From: Adineta vaga
Lineage: Eukaryota; Animalia; Rotifera
Direction of reading: 5' to 3'
Assembly: GCA_021613535.1 (NCBI GenBank)
Contig: CP075495.1
Span: 12,586,001 to 12,650,000, forward strand
Length of the DNA: 64,000 nt
The number at the start of each line of letters is the position of its first letter. Position 1 is the first letter of the stretch. The notes under the pieces are model-generated. The model was not told the origin of the DNA and searched no databases. It was given only the letters and a program-made list of their open reading frames with translations. The translations under genes and the position numbers were made by a program. Positions 11,260-26,194 of this stretch are shown piece by piece.

Positions 11260-14200
11260 ATGACCCAATCGTCCTTTCCTTTTTTATTCTCCTCATCTTT
11301 TTCTTGCCATCGTTTGGTCACTTTAATTACAATTTTATTATTAAATCCTTTGCCCATTATTTATGGTGCACCAACAAAAAAATCTGACAATGATTTAACA
11401 ACTAACGTTCAACGTCACAAACGACAAATCTTTTCTAGTGATGGTGATGATGATGGCTTCAATAGTTTTGAAACAAATGAATATCCTCTAGTAGCTGAAT
11501 CTGAAATTATCTTCGAAGGATTGATAGGTTTGTATCATCTCACATTAAATATAAAGGGAATAGAAGAAAAAAAAATAACATTGATGTTTTTTTTTCGATT
11601 AATTAGGTTGCAAATACGATTCAAGTGTATGTAATAAGAATGAAGCTTGTTTTGACGGTAAGTTAACACAAATGAAATTGAAAACTACCATTATGAGAAG
11701 AAGCTAATCAGTTCTTGTTTTCTTTTTCCTCAATAGATCATAATCCAATATGTAGGATTATGATTTCTGAGAGTTTCTATTAGAAAAAAAAACTCAAGAT
11801 CAGATGATCTTTTTTCTCTCTTTCCGTTCTATGTTTGATAAGAGAATGTTTTTTCCCTCATACTTTTATTAATCAAGATTTCCGGAAAGTAACTCAAATA
11901 TCAAATTTAAAATAAAAATTCGATGAACTATTTTTCAATCTCTATTTTTCTGTTGCGTAGATGGTTTGTTTGGACAATGTTGGGATGGTGAAGGTTCGAC
12001 ACGTTCTGCATTTGCACTAAAATCTGATGTCGATGATCTTACGGATGATAAATTAATTGCATTGGAAAATACATTGGACTTTTTAAATCGTTACTATCTG
12101 AATTGGCGAGATTATATGACACAATGTATTCTATCACATATCTTAGCTGATACACATCAAATCAATCAAAATCGTTTGGAAATGTTTTATAATGACTGTT
12201 TAAATAAAGATGAACAACTAGATGAATTAGCAGCTATTCAAGAAGACAACATGCAACGTCGTCAATTGGATATATTCGATGAAAATTTAAGTAATACCAA
12301 AATCTTTTTATGTATTCAATACATTTGAACACATGATTTTTCTCTTCGATATCTAGATTTGTATTATAAAGATCCATACAGTCCATCGGTTAAATCGAAT
12401 AAGATTGTTGTTAATTTGGAAAATTCCCATGGAATTCCATTGTATATGGAATATGCACAATCGGATGACTTAGATATTGACCAATCACGTATACCACCTA
12501 TCGTTGCAGCACTTGCTCAAGCCGAAGAAGCAGAAAGAGAATTCGAACAATTAAATAAAATTGCTGTGGAATATGCGAATAACAATGTTGAAGATGATAC
12601 TTTCATACCATTGAGCGAACAATTACAATTAATCGAAGAAGAATCATCGATGAGTAAAATTCAATGATTTCATTGTGAAAAGAATAATATTCATGAGAAA
12701 ATTTTTAATTTTTTAGATGAACCAACAAAAATATCTGTACATATAAGTGAAGGTCATCCAGGTTTAATTGAAACCTTACAAACTAATAATAATAAACAAT
12801 TAGTACCAATGTTCATCGAACAGACTATGGGTATTAGTCTACTATTTACATTTTTTTTACTAGTTTTAAAATAAATATGACTTTAATTTTAGGAGAACGT
12901 AATGTGACAAATAACGATAAAATATTAAATAGTACAGATGTCGATCGTTATTTTGCAGTTGAAACAGCACAAGGTTATATTGTTATCAATCGAAAGTATT
13001 ATAATATTCATAAATCTTTCTTTTCCACTATTTAATCGTTTGTTTCCTATATCATTCTAGTTTCAAAGATCAAATCGAAGGAGCTCGTTTACTATCACAT
13101 ATAGCAACAATGAATTCTTGGCCACCTGCTATTTTCACTCAACTTAAGTAAGTTAAAAACTTTGCTCAATAGAATAAATTCTCATGAGTTTTGTTTGCTA
13201 ATCATTCAGTGCTGATCGTCGAACTTTAACATTTCACGTAGCCGATAATGCTTATCGAATCAATGCAAGCAATGTTGCTAATGCAGCATGTAAGTATATC
13301 CTTTATACTATTTCCATGATAATAAAGAAAAAGATTAAGAGAAACATTCTTCTCAACTATAAATAAGTAGATACGTCTTTGGAACAGTCTTGTTGATTTC
13401 ATCTTTGAACTGTTAATAATAGTCTACAATATCAAAAATTGCTTTCCGCCTCTAGCGGAAAGAGCATACTGATGTATTCATTTTGTCGGCATCGGTATGC
13501 CATTCTAATTAATAATCTTGTTTTTTTCTTCGATAAGAAAAAAACAGACTTGTTTAAAGATGAAAGTTTCTTCTTTATTTTTATCTGCTTAAAAGATTAA
13601 ACTGTATACGGGCATGTTAAACTTATTTATTGAAAATATCATTGATGGTTAGAAACACATGCTTTGCTAACTCATCTAATGTTTCGTTCATTTTTGTTTC
13701 CATTCAACGTGATAGATCGACAGAGTGCTATCTTTTCTCGTTGACAATTTCCATATTTACATCAATTCTCAAGAGATATTTTTAAAGTTTTATGAGAGAA
13801 AAAATATGATATTAACCAAACTAATCCGTCAATTTTAAAATTATGATAAAAATAGAAATACGAAGAATTTATTTTTCCAATTTTAGTGAGCAATCAAAAA
13901 AATATCGAAAATCAATTGGGCATTCGTATTGTCGATTCTGGCATTGGCAACCCTCGACGAGTAAGGAAAATAGAGAAATAAATAAGAAAATATGCAAATG
14001 TAAAACTAGATACTACGACGAATAATAAAAGAGTGCATCAAGCACGTTAGTTTTGTCGATAAAGATCAACATTGATGAAGCAATAGAGATATACGCACGA
14101 ACATCTAGAGACTAACAAAAAAAAGAAATATTATCTGACTATTGTCTAGGATGTTGATGTTGCTTCTACTACTAGTGATTGCAATTAGACAATGCCTTTA

Positions 14201-17200
14201 GGCTTTAAGTTGATACTTGACTCTTCTTTTCTATATGTATAAGCAATCAAGATCTATCATGCATACTAAATTTTTTATCACAATGAATAGAAATCTTTTC
14301 AATATATCTGACAACATCATCTAAAACTAATGTTCAATAATTCAGTATACTATGAGACAGCCTTTCTTTTTAATATTTATTGTATTCTTTAAATGCGGAA
14401 AAAATTGAGTGTAAGAAGGGGAAAAAAAGGAAAGAATCATATATGTATATATATAAATATATCTTTCTCTGTCTGTCTGTCTTCTTTTCTTTCATCTAAT
14501 AATAAAAGATAGAATATTATATTCTTCTTCTTCTTCTCCTTCATTCTTTTCATTGTTCAACGGGTTCTTTTTTTTTTATCATGCTCTAAAAAAAATTGCT
14601 TATCATTAGGTAATGTTAAATATTACACTAATACTATGCTTCCTGTTTGCTTTTATTCATTCCGGCAAGTTAATAGAACAAATCTTTGACTTTCCACAGT
14701 ATTTTAGTCCATGTTCTTGGTCGTAGCCATCAACTGATTTCTGATATAGAAAATTAATCACTATTTCTTTATAATAAGTCAATAATTAAGAAATCGCTGA
14801 GAATACCTGCTTAATTATGGTTTATTTAAATGTGTGTGTATGTATTCACTATTTGACTTTTCTGTGAATGCTTGCATGAGCGAACGCGCTAACAAAGACT
14901 GTGAATCTATTAGATTCACACGCGAGTGCATACATAATTGATAATTCTTTTTTTGCTATCGTATTGTAACTATAATTTCAGCAGGTGACTTACTAACACA
15001 ATAACTTAGTTGAAAAAAGAAGAAGAAGAAGAAGAAAAATGCCGAATGAAAAAGTCTTTAATTCTAATTATATTTCATTTTGTCTTTTTTCTTTTTCTTT
15101 ACGCCACCATTGACCTAATTATGTGACACTTTAATGTGTTAAAATATATAGAATAAATAGCTCATAGTAGAATCTATTCAGAGAAATTTTAGATAAGAAT
15201 AAAAGAAAGAAGATAGGGAGACGTAAGTGAAAAAGGTTGAATTATTAAATATGATGAAAACGAGGCGTTCTTTGAAAGAAATTATTAATGAGCACATCTC
15301 GGCAAATCTCATCAGAGAAACATAGTCACTAGGAAAAAATAATTACTCATATAACATCATCATCATCATCATTGAAAAGAAAGAAGAAGAAAAAAAACTA
15401 ACTTGATCCTCTTTCTTTTTCTTTCTATTTAAAGGGCAGTCAATTATCAGTTGATCGACAAAATAATTCACGTTTAACAATCATTACATTGGTTATATGC
15501 ATTTCGGTACTTTTTACTATGGCTGCATTTGTTTTTCTTTATTTTATTAAACGTAATGATCGTATACGAAATAAATTGGCTGAAATAACGCACATCAAAG
15601 GTTTATCAACAAATTACTATCAAGTAAAACTCATTGATTGCTTTGTGAAAAAAAACAATGATTTTTTTATAGGATTTATGTCGACAGAGAATGCAATCAC
15701 AACCAACAGGTAGTAAATCACCTGAAATTCATAAAAATTATCAACCAGTACCATCAAGTACAGCACCAACAACAGTAACAGCTGGTAGTCATGTAAAACA
15801 TAATAGTGAAGGTTCATCAACACGCAGTTCAACATCATCATGGTACAAGAACATTTTCTTCTTCTAAAATATTTGATTTTTCATTTTTTTTAATTTATAG
15901 GAGTGAAGAACCAGCTGCACCAGTTAATATGGACATTATGACAGGCCATCTTATTTTAGTATGAATTTAGTTGTTTTTCTTTTCGAAATAGAATTTTTTT
16001 TCAATGATTATCTTATTTTAGTCATATATGGAAGATCATTTACGTAATCGACATCGTCTAGAAGCTGAATGGCAAGCATTATGTACTGATGAAACAAATG
16101 AAGAACGCGCATCATGTTCAATTGCACTTTCAGAAGCTAATGCCAATAAAAATCGTTATATTGATTGTATACCATGTAAGTACAAATAGTTGACATATGA
16201 TCTGTCAATGAAAATGATGATAAATGCATGTACTAGTTCGAGATTAGTTGACATTTATTTCACTTGCCATCAGATTTTCTCTAACTGTAGATATTTTATC
16301 GATGCCGCCTTTGGTGGGTCACATATGTTAAGTATAATTATCCTCAAGCATCCTTATTTTTTTCTATCTATATGCATAGATGTATAAGAGACGACAAGTT
16401 AGTGAAAAAATAGACTAAGAAGCAAAGACAGGTAGGCCGTTCATCTTTCTCTTTTCTCATTATGATTAAGTAGAACTAAGATTCGAAATTGGAGCACCAG
16501 AACTTCTACTTATTTCTTTCTTGCCATGCATGCATAAGATGAATTATTTTGTATATGCTCTCATACATCGTCTTAAATATTCAAATTGACATGTCATCAT
16601 TATCATTACCATCATCATCTTTTCTTTGTCAAAAAAAACATGCATCTCTCTATATTTATATTCATTCTATTTGAAACAGATGATCATACTCGTGTTCAGC
16701 TTACTAACAATGGAAATGATGATTATATCAATGCAAGTATTATTGTAAGTGAATTGATTTTTTTCCGGAAAGAGAATCTATTCATTTCTAATGGAATTTC
16801 GTTTTCTAATGATTAGACTGATTCGGATCCAAAATGCAAATACATCGCTACACAAGGTCCAATGCCAAATACAACAAATGCATTTTGGCAAATGGTTTGG
16901 GAACAAGGATCATGTGTTATCGTAGCATTAACTCGACCTAGTAAAAGCCTAAATCATTTGATTTTGATTTTAGTTCAAAAAATTCTTTGTTTTTATAGTT
17001 GAAAATGGTATTACAATGTGTCATCATTACTGGCCCGTTGAAGGTTCAGCACGATTTAATGATTTTGAAGTAAGAGAACAAACTTTTGAAATACAAAACA
17101 ATTTAAGATTATTTATGTCCATTTTTTTTCCTTCGAAAGGTCAATCTTGTTTCGGAACATATCTGGTCGGATGATTATTTAGTTCGAAGTTTTTATTTGA

Positions 17201-18115
17201 AAAATGTACAAACAATGGAAACGCGTACTGTAACACAATTTCACTTTTTAACATGGGGCGACTTGAACAATCCACCATCGGCTAAAGCACTATTAGATTT
17301 TCGACGGTATGTGTAATAATGATCAGCATGTGCTATTCTTATATATTTGATTAAAATTAATGAGCTAAAGGAGTAACTTGTCATTTCAAATGAACTAGAG
17401 ACATCACTAGAGATGAGTATGCATGCACGTGATCAAGTCACATTCATCCGTCTTTAAACAAAAAGAATATATATCTTCTTAGAAAGTATAGAAGATATAA
17501 AAGGAAGCCGGAGAAGTCATTTCCTTTCAAATGAATATACCAGTTAATGCACCGATAGTTCTTTTTGGGCAGCTTTTGATAATTATGCAATTTGTAATCA
17601 ATAATTGCATAGTCACAAAAGCGACCTGATGAGAATGATTAATTTTTACAATTAATAGAAAAAATTTCAAATGGATATGCAAATTTTCATCTTTCATTCT
17701 TTTTCAATTTGATCCGTTTTTTCTTTTATAGAAAAGTGAATAAATGCTTTCGAGGTCGATCATCACCAATTATTGTTCATTGCAAGTAAGTAATGTATTA
17801 ATTTTATATAGCATACGAATTACGTTTATGTAGTGATGGCGTTGGACGTACTGGAACTTTCATCCTTCTGGATATTGTCTTAAATCGTATTTGTAAAGGA
17901 GCACGAGAAATTAATATTGCAGCAACACTCGAACATATTCGTGACCAACGAGCAAAGATGGTGAAAACAAAAGTAGGTTAAAAATAAACATTTTATTGTT
18001 TGTTAATGAAACTGAGAAATTCGTGTCTATTATTTCTTTTTAGGATCAATTTGAATTTGTCTTCGTAGCTGTTGCAGAAGACGTCACCTATTTATTAAAA
18101 GCATTACCTCAATAA
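11260..18115 (+). CDS. PTPRN: Receptor-type tyrosine phosphatase-like N (IA-2/phogrin/ida-1), multi-exon
   Basis: Signal peptide, [65 protein letters not shown]-loop [12 protein letters not shown] and C-terminal LKALPQ. Confidence 0.93.
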
Positions 18116-18331
18116 AGTGACATATTCACATATGTCACATCACTTGAAGTTGATTCTTTCTATGTCAACACTGATTTCCTGATCTTTCTCTTGCGCTTCG
18201 TTCTTTTTTTTGTTGCTTTCGCGAAAGAAAAAAAAATTATCGATGATGATGATGCTGATGATGATTTATGAAAAATAAATACAAAAAAAGTCTACAAATA
18301 CTTCTTTTTCATTTATCTTCTATTGATTCAA

Positions 18332-20016
18332 TTAAAAACTACTATGTTTAATTACAACTTTGCCATTCGCAGAACCATTTTCGATGTGAGAAATTGCTTC
18401 CGGGATTTGTTCAAATAAAAATTGATGTTGATCAACTTTGACTTTTAACTAAAGACAGAATAATCATGATTAGCCTCAACTAGATTTTGACCGTTTTTTT
18501 TTCAATTCAATTCTTACTTTGCTGTTTTCAATAAGATTTTTTATTTGATTAAGAACATTTCCATCGGATCTATAAACTGCCCATCGATAATTAATACCAT
18601 TTGATAAACCCTATTGAATAACGATAGACATCAAATATTTTGTATGATTGAAAATTTCATCTTTTACATAGAATGTTTGTTGAGCTGCTTTGTATGCCGT
18701 ACGAGCAAAACCGGGTATTAAACCATATTCGTCTACATTACGAAAAATTGGTGAAACGATTGTAACAAATGTTCCACCTTTGTTTAACAAAGGACTCATC
18801 AATTCGAAACTATAATAACGTGGACCGACGGTATCAAAAATAATATCATATCTAAAAAAAGTTTTGAATTCCATGTAATTCTATGAAATGTAAACAACTT
18901 CTTTCAAAAATACTTTGGTTTTCGACTCAATTCAGAAAGCCAGTCTTTTTTATGGTAATCAACTGTATCATTTACACCAATTTGTCGAACATAATCAAAT
19001 GACTTTTCATTACATAGAGCAGTTGTTTCCATTCCAAGATCAGTCAATAACTAATAGAGGAAATTTTATGAGCATCATTCAATTTCACATCTAGTTATTT
19101 ACTTGAGTTGCAATATGACCAACACCTCCACTGGCACCAATCACTAATGCACTAAAATAAAAAACGAATGAAAACAAATCTTTAGAAAAGAATAAATCTA
19201 ATGAATGATCAAGTACCGTCTTCCAAAAGCATTCTGTTCATTGAAACCACTAAATTTTCGAATAGCATACCAACTCGTTAATGAAACAAGTGGATAGGCC
19301 GCTGCTTCTTCATCTGATATGTTTTTCGGTTTTAAGCATATCTATAATTCACTATGGAATTTCATCTGTTTATTTATTTCACTACTTTACTTCATCTTCG
19401 CCCGCAGAGCAATATTGAGCAAAACTACCTTGTCGTGTAACATTCAAAGCTCCATAAACCTTTCAATGAAATTAATATCACATCATTGAAATGAATGATT
19501 CTTACTTTATCACCAACATTAAATTTCGTTACTTTTGGTCCTTTACGAACGATTTCACCACAAAAATCACGGCCTAATGTAATAGGAAAATCTAACTTTT
19601 CCAATTGATTTCCTCCGAATTGTAAAATATTTTTCATCGATTGATACGTATTAATTAATTTACCACCATATCCTTCTACAATATATATATATATAATACA
19701 ATGTAATCAATCATCAGAATACCTAGTTTCTTTTTTGTTCCTTACCTCGTCTTCGGATATCTATAGGATTAACACTACTTGCTAAAACTTTGATAAGAAC
19801 ATCTTTTGGTGAATTTATTATAGGAATTTGTACACTATCTGATAAAGTAAATTGTTTATTATCGCCATAATAATATATAATCCATGCTTGCATACGACCT
19901 GATGTCGATGTAGTCGATGAAATGGGCTGTGTATAAGTTGGCTCACTGATTGTTTTTATTGCAGTGTAAACCGAACGTTTTAAAAATAGTAATGGAAAAG
20001 AATTTGATTTTATCAT
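18332..20016 (-). CDS. RTN4IP1: Reticulon-4-interacting protein 1 (mitochondrial NADPH oxidoreductase, MDR family), multi-exon
   Basis: MQAWIIYYYG..DVLIKVLASSVNPID, GYG, FPITLGRDFCG, AAAYPLVSLTSW, LVIGASGGVG, GKVVI; basic N-terminal targeting sequence. Confidence 0.9.
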
Positions 20017-20405
20017 CTAAAATATGTATGAGAAAGTATTGTTTCTCTATTATGTTATCTACTCAGTGCTACAAAATGATTTCTTAGATGTTTAAAGCAT
20101 AATTAACAAATGAGAATTAGTTTACAGAACATGATCTCTTCTATTCGTGGAGCTGTTTGTTGAGATGATAAGAAACTCTTATTTCATAGGATTTTTCAAA
20201 ATGTAAAGAAGAACTGTTGATTCTCAAATTCTATATGATAGTTTGTTCTTTTTTTATATACGATATTTTTGTTAGTTAATCTCTGGAAAGAATGAATCTG
20301 AATAAAAGTGGTATTTATTCAATATCAAATCAACAAACAACCAATAACAAGAAAAAAAAGAGGTAGATTAAAAAGCAAAGATACGTCTTTCACTCATCGT
20401 CATCA

Positions 20406-23400
20406 TCATTTTTGTCCTTTTTTCTGAGTAATTAATACAACACTCGGGGACGAAGAGGACGCTGCAGCTGTTGCTGTTCGAGGCCAAATTGGATTGGCTA
20501 TTTCAGGCACAACACGTTCAACCGTAATCAACATATCAAATTCTTGACCGGAATTATATAGACGATGTAATGCTTGTATAGCTAACTCTTCCGTCTAAAT
20601 AAGAAAAATAGATTCTATCAATTCGTATTTATTGCAAGTCATAAAAAGATGTAACTAACCTGAATTTTTTCTAAAGATTTATTACTAATTTGTCGAAGAG
20701 CTTCGTGTGCTCGTGCTTCTTGATCTTGAATATGTCTAAATGACATTATAGGTGGAACAGATGGTGACGTAGCCATTGACATGGATGAATAGCCAAATGA
20801 GGATGTAGATGGTGGAGATGTTGCTGATATTGACCAAGGATTACTGATGTCATGTTGAGGAGGCGATGGTTGAGTAATTGGAATCGAACGTGTTGGATTT
20901 GTAACCGATCTAAACGAAATCAGACAAGGTAATTGAGAAGATACATTTGATGTACAGTGGACATTTTTAATGAGGAAGTTGAAAGTGGAAGAAGATTGAA
21001 ATAAGAATATTTGAGGAAACATTCAAAACGTACGTTGTTCGTGTTATGTTTGATTTTGGTATATTTATTTCTTTTTCGATCGAAAAAGTTGATTTTAATG
21101 GTATTGGTAATGGAATAGTTGTTGTTATTTTCCAAGGAGTTTTTGATGATGATGATTCATCTTTTGCAAGTGTCAACGGTTTTATACTGCAATAAGAAGG
21201 AAACTCATTCAAATTTCCATATAAAAGATAACTTGATTACACTTACATTTGCTGAAGTGTTGTAGGTTTAACAGTAGGTTTATTATTAGTAATAATATCA
21301 TGATTTGCTGCTCTTTTAGCTGCAGCAAGTTTATCCGCTATGTAAAGAAAAAGATGTAATTGTATTATTTTATTTTGGATACGTTTCAAATTGTTATTCT
21401 ACCTTCTTGTTGAGTATAAACAGCACCTGGAATCATTGGTCTCGTTGGACTAACTAAAGCATTATTCGATGTTGCTAATGATTGTGTGTTCTAGAAAAAA
21501 TTAATCTTCTTTCTAAATATAAACTTTGAATCGTGAATTACTTTATTTCCTTTGGAAGTTTTCTTTGATGATACTGAAGTCCATTTTTCTTCGTGTTGTA
21601 TTGTTGGATGAACTGATGTTACAATAGGTGATACTGTTTGCATGGAAATCGGTGGTGATGCTTTGTTCACATTCTCCGATTCCGATGTGCGTAGTCTGAA
21701 ACAAAACAATTATTGATCGATTCAATCGGAAGAAATAATCTTAACATTACTTGTTTTGTTGTTTTCGTTTCTGTTGTGATTGTTGTTTTTTCATTACAAG
21801 ATTGATTGATTCATCAATATCAATCGATAAATTTTCAAAATCATCCATATCAATAAAAAGATCATCCAAACAAGGACAATCATTGTACGGTGTTATCATT
21901 CGATAACTCATACAATCAAGCTGAAATGAATAAGATTTTTATATTTAGATGAAATAAAACAATTCTAAATTAATCTTACTAAATTTCGATATGATTTTGT
22001 TATATCAACTAATAATTGATTGTCTAGATTATCAAGTAGACGTGCTTCAAGAAATGTCGCCATATTTCGACAGATGAATTGTTGAACAAATACTTTTAAT
22101 TGTTCCGCATTATACGTTTCAGAAAATTGCAAAAGTTCAACAGCATCACGAAATGTAACTACCAAAGAATATGAATGTTGTATTATACGATTCGTTAGAA
22201 ACCTATTTACCTAGATTTGCTATATGAAATTCACAGATTTGTTTCAATCGTTCAATTAATAATTGATCCGATAAAACCAGAATTTGACATAACTGTTCTA
22301 CCGTGACTAAATTAGAAATAAATTATTTATTGAAGAAAAAGAAAAGTATTATTTACATCGATTAACAATCGTATCTGTATATAAATAGTCAATAATAATT
22401 TCAAGTAAATCAGCTGGTATTGCCATTTTTAATTCTGAACTATTTTGACTCTAAATATTTCAATTTATCTTCGAAAACAATCATCAAACTAAACATTTCT
22501 TACTTCCATCCAATTTGCTAGAAACATACTACGAAAATAATCTAATCGACTTGTTAAAATACATTTATGACATGAAATATGTTTTCCATCTTCTGATACA
22601 ATTGTCACATCATGTAAATCTGGTCTGAAAGACGCGAAATCAATTCAATTATTAGGAAATAAATCTTTTTCTTTACAATGCTTCACGTGTATAATGATAA
22701 CGTTGTTTTATTTGACCAATGGATTCATCAAATGTATTCGTACTACTTCTTTGTCGAGTCTGTTTAATTGTTTCAAGTCTACGAAGAAAGAAAACAAAAT
22801 ACAACAAAGAAATCGTTGAAAGAAAGAAAGAAACAAACCAACCTTTTACGAAGATTATGTAATTGAAATAATTTCGCAAGTTCATTTAAATGTTCTAAAC
22901 CACTATTTAATTCCTCATCACTATTCTGTCCAGGTACGGATTCATTCGATGGCGAAATAACATCTTAAAATCCAATTGTAAACTAGAACAAAGATTTGAA
23001 ATAATGAAAACTCTACTTGTCTTCTTTTTCTTTTTCGATTTCATTCCCGATTGATTTGTTCCGGAATTTGTTGATGTTTGTTGTCGAACACGAGCAAAAT
23101 ATCGATGATCATCAATATCATCATCGAGACTTTTCATTCGAATTAAATAAGCTTGATATTCATTTTCATCACGTGTTTTTATTTTTTCAAAGAAACTTAA
23201 CCATGGACATTTATCCGTATAAATATATTCAAGAATTAATTGAAATAAATCTGGATCAATATGTTGATTGCTTTCACTTGTAATTATTAAATGATCAAGT
23301 TGTTTTTTATATATACGTTCACGAAAATAAGGACTACGCATGGAGAGAATATATTTATGAGCTGGATATGTTTGATTATTGTTTATTTCAAGTATGATAT

Positions 23401-25816
23401 CATGCATATGTTCGGCTTCGCTAAGTAATTCATGAAGATTTTGTTGAAAGATCGATTGTGGTTGACGTGGATATGCATTTAAACTAAAGAAAAGAGATAG
23501 AAGAGAAGAGAATGAAAGTAATTTCGATAAAGATAATTTACTGCGTTGTTGGATGATATTGAAGTGCAGCTAATGAGCGTCCAGTACGATCAGTTGCGAT
23601 TGCACGACATCGATGAAGAAGTGGAATAGGTGATGGAGTTAAATATTGATAAGCACGTTCATCATAAATAGAATTCGAAGATGAATCTATAGATTATAAA
23701 TTCCCAATATTAGTATAGAAACTTTTATAAGACTTTAATTTACCATGTTCGATTTTTTTATTTGTATTAGATAATTTATCCAAACTTGCAGTATAGACTT
23801 GTCCCATATTTGTGGAAAAAATAAGAGCATTTGTTCCTGCTACTATCTGTTCGATTGTTAATCGTTGTTTTGTTGACCATAAACATAATTTTGCTCGATT
23901 ATTAGTCGAATCACGTTCATGATAAAGATGTAACTATAGAGAGAAAAAATAAACTTTTTATAATCGAAATTTCTCAATACATTCATATATATTTACTTTA
24001 TTTGATTGTACATAAAATACTTTTAAATCATCATCAACATTTTCATCATCAAGAATCCCATTCGATTCAAGTTTTCCACCTACAACAGCAATTTGGGCAA
24101 CATGTGGAACACTACAATAGTCATTCAATAAACCATAAATTCGTTTTTTTTTGCTTTCCGTCTTACTGTTTTACAATTTTTCGATATTTATAATCATTTA
24201 ATACATAAATAGCATCTTTATTTGTATAACATACAATGGCATAATCACTACAAACAAGTTTTCGGACATGTTCAGTTATACTATTAAATTTTGTCACAAG
24301 TAATGGCTGTTGAATATATAAATCACTACTCTTGGGATGACCAAGATGTCCAGCATTAAGACCAAATGTAAATAATTGTTCATCATCAACAATTAATGCA
24401 ACATGAAAACGTCCACAAGCAATATGTGTTATTTTTCGATCTTTTATTTGACGAAATTGTACCTGAAATGAAAATATTAAATGAATAGTTTCATCAAAAT
24501 TCAATTTACTTTTGTTGGTACTAAAACTTTCGTTGCACCTGGATGTCCCAGTTGTTGATAATTGTTCAAACCACAACTCCATAAACATCCTCTGAAAATG
24601 AATAATACATCTAATTTCAAAACCGAATTCCCATCTAAGTTTTCGTTACTTTTCAGTGAGAAAATATGAACAATCACGTGTAACAACTATATCAATACAA
24701 CGATCTTGTTCAGTCTCTTTGATTGTTTCCATAGCCATTATTAATTTCGGAGACTATGAAAGAAACATCATAAAGATGAAATTCATTTTCTTGGTAACAA
24801 ACATCATTTCTTACTAAAACTGGCTCTTCATTATCATGTCCAAGACGACCACCAACACCAAAGCCACAAGAATAAACAGACCCATTATCAGATAAAAACA
24901 AGGTATGATATTTATCCATTTTAATCTAGCAAAATATTTTCAATATTTATACGATCTAAACGATTCTATCTTCATAGAAACCTTTTTTATACAGATTGCA
25001 TCACGACGAAATGTTTCGATTAATTCAGGTACTTTTTTTGCTGTTGACTATATATATATATAAGAATACAATAACATGAAATCTTTATACAATGTATGCT
25101 TATTTACTTGGCTATGTCCTAAATTTCCATTAGTATTTTCACCCATAGTATATACTTCATAACTTTCTTGAAATAGAATAAGCAACTTATAAAATCAATG
25201 AAAAAAGCACGAATCTACCGATATCTAATAATTCATGAGGTATTTCCACATGTGTATCTCGTATAACGTGATCGATATATGTTAAATGATCGTAATCTAA
25301 TAGATTTGTATTTGCACCGGCCTTTCAAAACAGAAAACAAGAATTCATGAACAAAAACAAATTCATCAAAAAACTATCTATACTTTAATAAGATTAATAG
25401 TATTATCAATTCTTCCATAGAATACACTGTAATGTAAGGCCTAAGAAACGAAATTTCTATTTTCAAATGTGTAACAAACGAATGTATTTACAGTGTAGCC
25501 TGATTCTAAATTTTTTGGATTGATATCAATCTTTTTTTGTTTTAATAGCCAGTCGATGATTGGCCATTTATCCGGTAAAGCCGAGCATATTTGTAATAGT
25601 GTTCGACCATATTTATCATGACCTATTTGCGAAAGATATGAATAATAAGAAACGAAAACAATTCAATTAACCTCTTGCGGAGTTTCCACATCGACATAAA
25701 TAATTGAGTATTATCTGTATGGGGATAGATTGTGATGCAACACGAATTAAATCGAGATAATGAGTCGTTGAACGGCATTTTGGTGTACAATCAATTTCAA
25801 TAGGAATAACGGGCAT
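20406..25816 (-). CDS. IBTK: Inhibitor of Bruton tyrosine kinase (ankyrin + RCC1 repeats + two BTB domains), multi-exon
   Basis: Start MPVIPIEIDCTPKCRSTTH, ankyrin NLESGYTALH, RCC1 repeats (SCGFGVGGRLGH, SCGLNNYQQLGH), BTB domains (YPAHKYIL, ISCHKCIL) and C-terminal SLEKIQTEELAI. Confidence 0.9.
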
Positions 25817-26186
25817 ACCTAGAACGAAGATTTCTAAATGTCAAGGACGAGAATAGAAATCTAGTAAAATTGCATACTATTAAAAACACATTCTGCAAAA
25901 CAGAAAAGCAAAGGTAATTATGTCAGATTTGTAAAAACTTTCGTAAAAGACTGGTATTGCTCGTTCAGTGGGTAGCTATTGCAAAGTCGAAAAATGACGA
26001 CGTCGTCTACACGTTAACTATGGTGGCGCCACAAGCATTTACTTTCTAATTCTACTTCAATACATAGAATTCAATTTAAAATAATTTATTTCATATTTTC
26101 TATTTTCGATATTCTTTTCATTATCTCAAATTTCGTCATCTTTTTCTACTGTTCAATTTAACAACCAATGAAAATTTTTACTCAAA

Positions 26187-26194
26187 TGACGTCA
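26187..26194. promoter_or_regulatory. Full palindromic cAMP response element (CRE)
   Basis: TGACGTCA about 300 bp upstream of the CREB-family ATG, inside the IBTK/CREB divergent intergenic region. Confidence 0.55.

Noticed and set aside
17600-17670. Possible hammerhead ribozyme (hairpin-CTGATGA..GAAA) in a PTPRN intron
   Set aside because: The stem II closing pair and stem III do not form; the core is incomplete.
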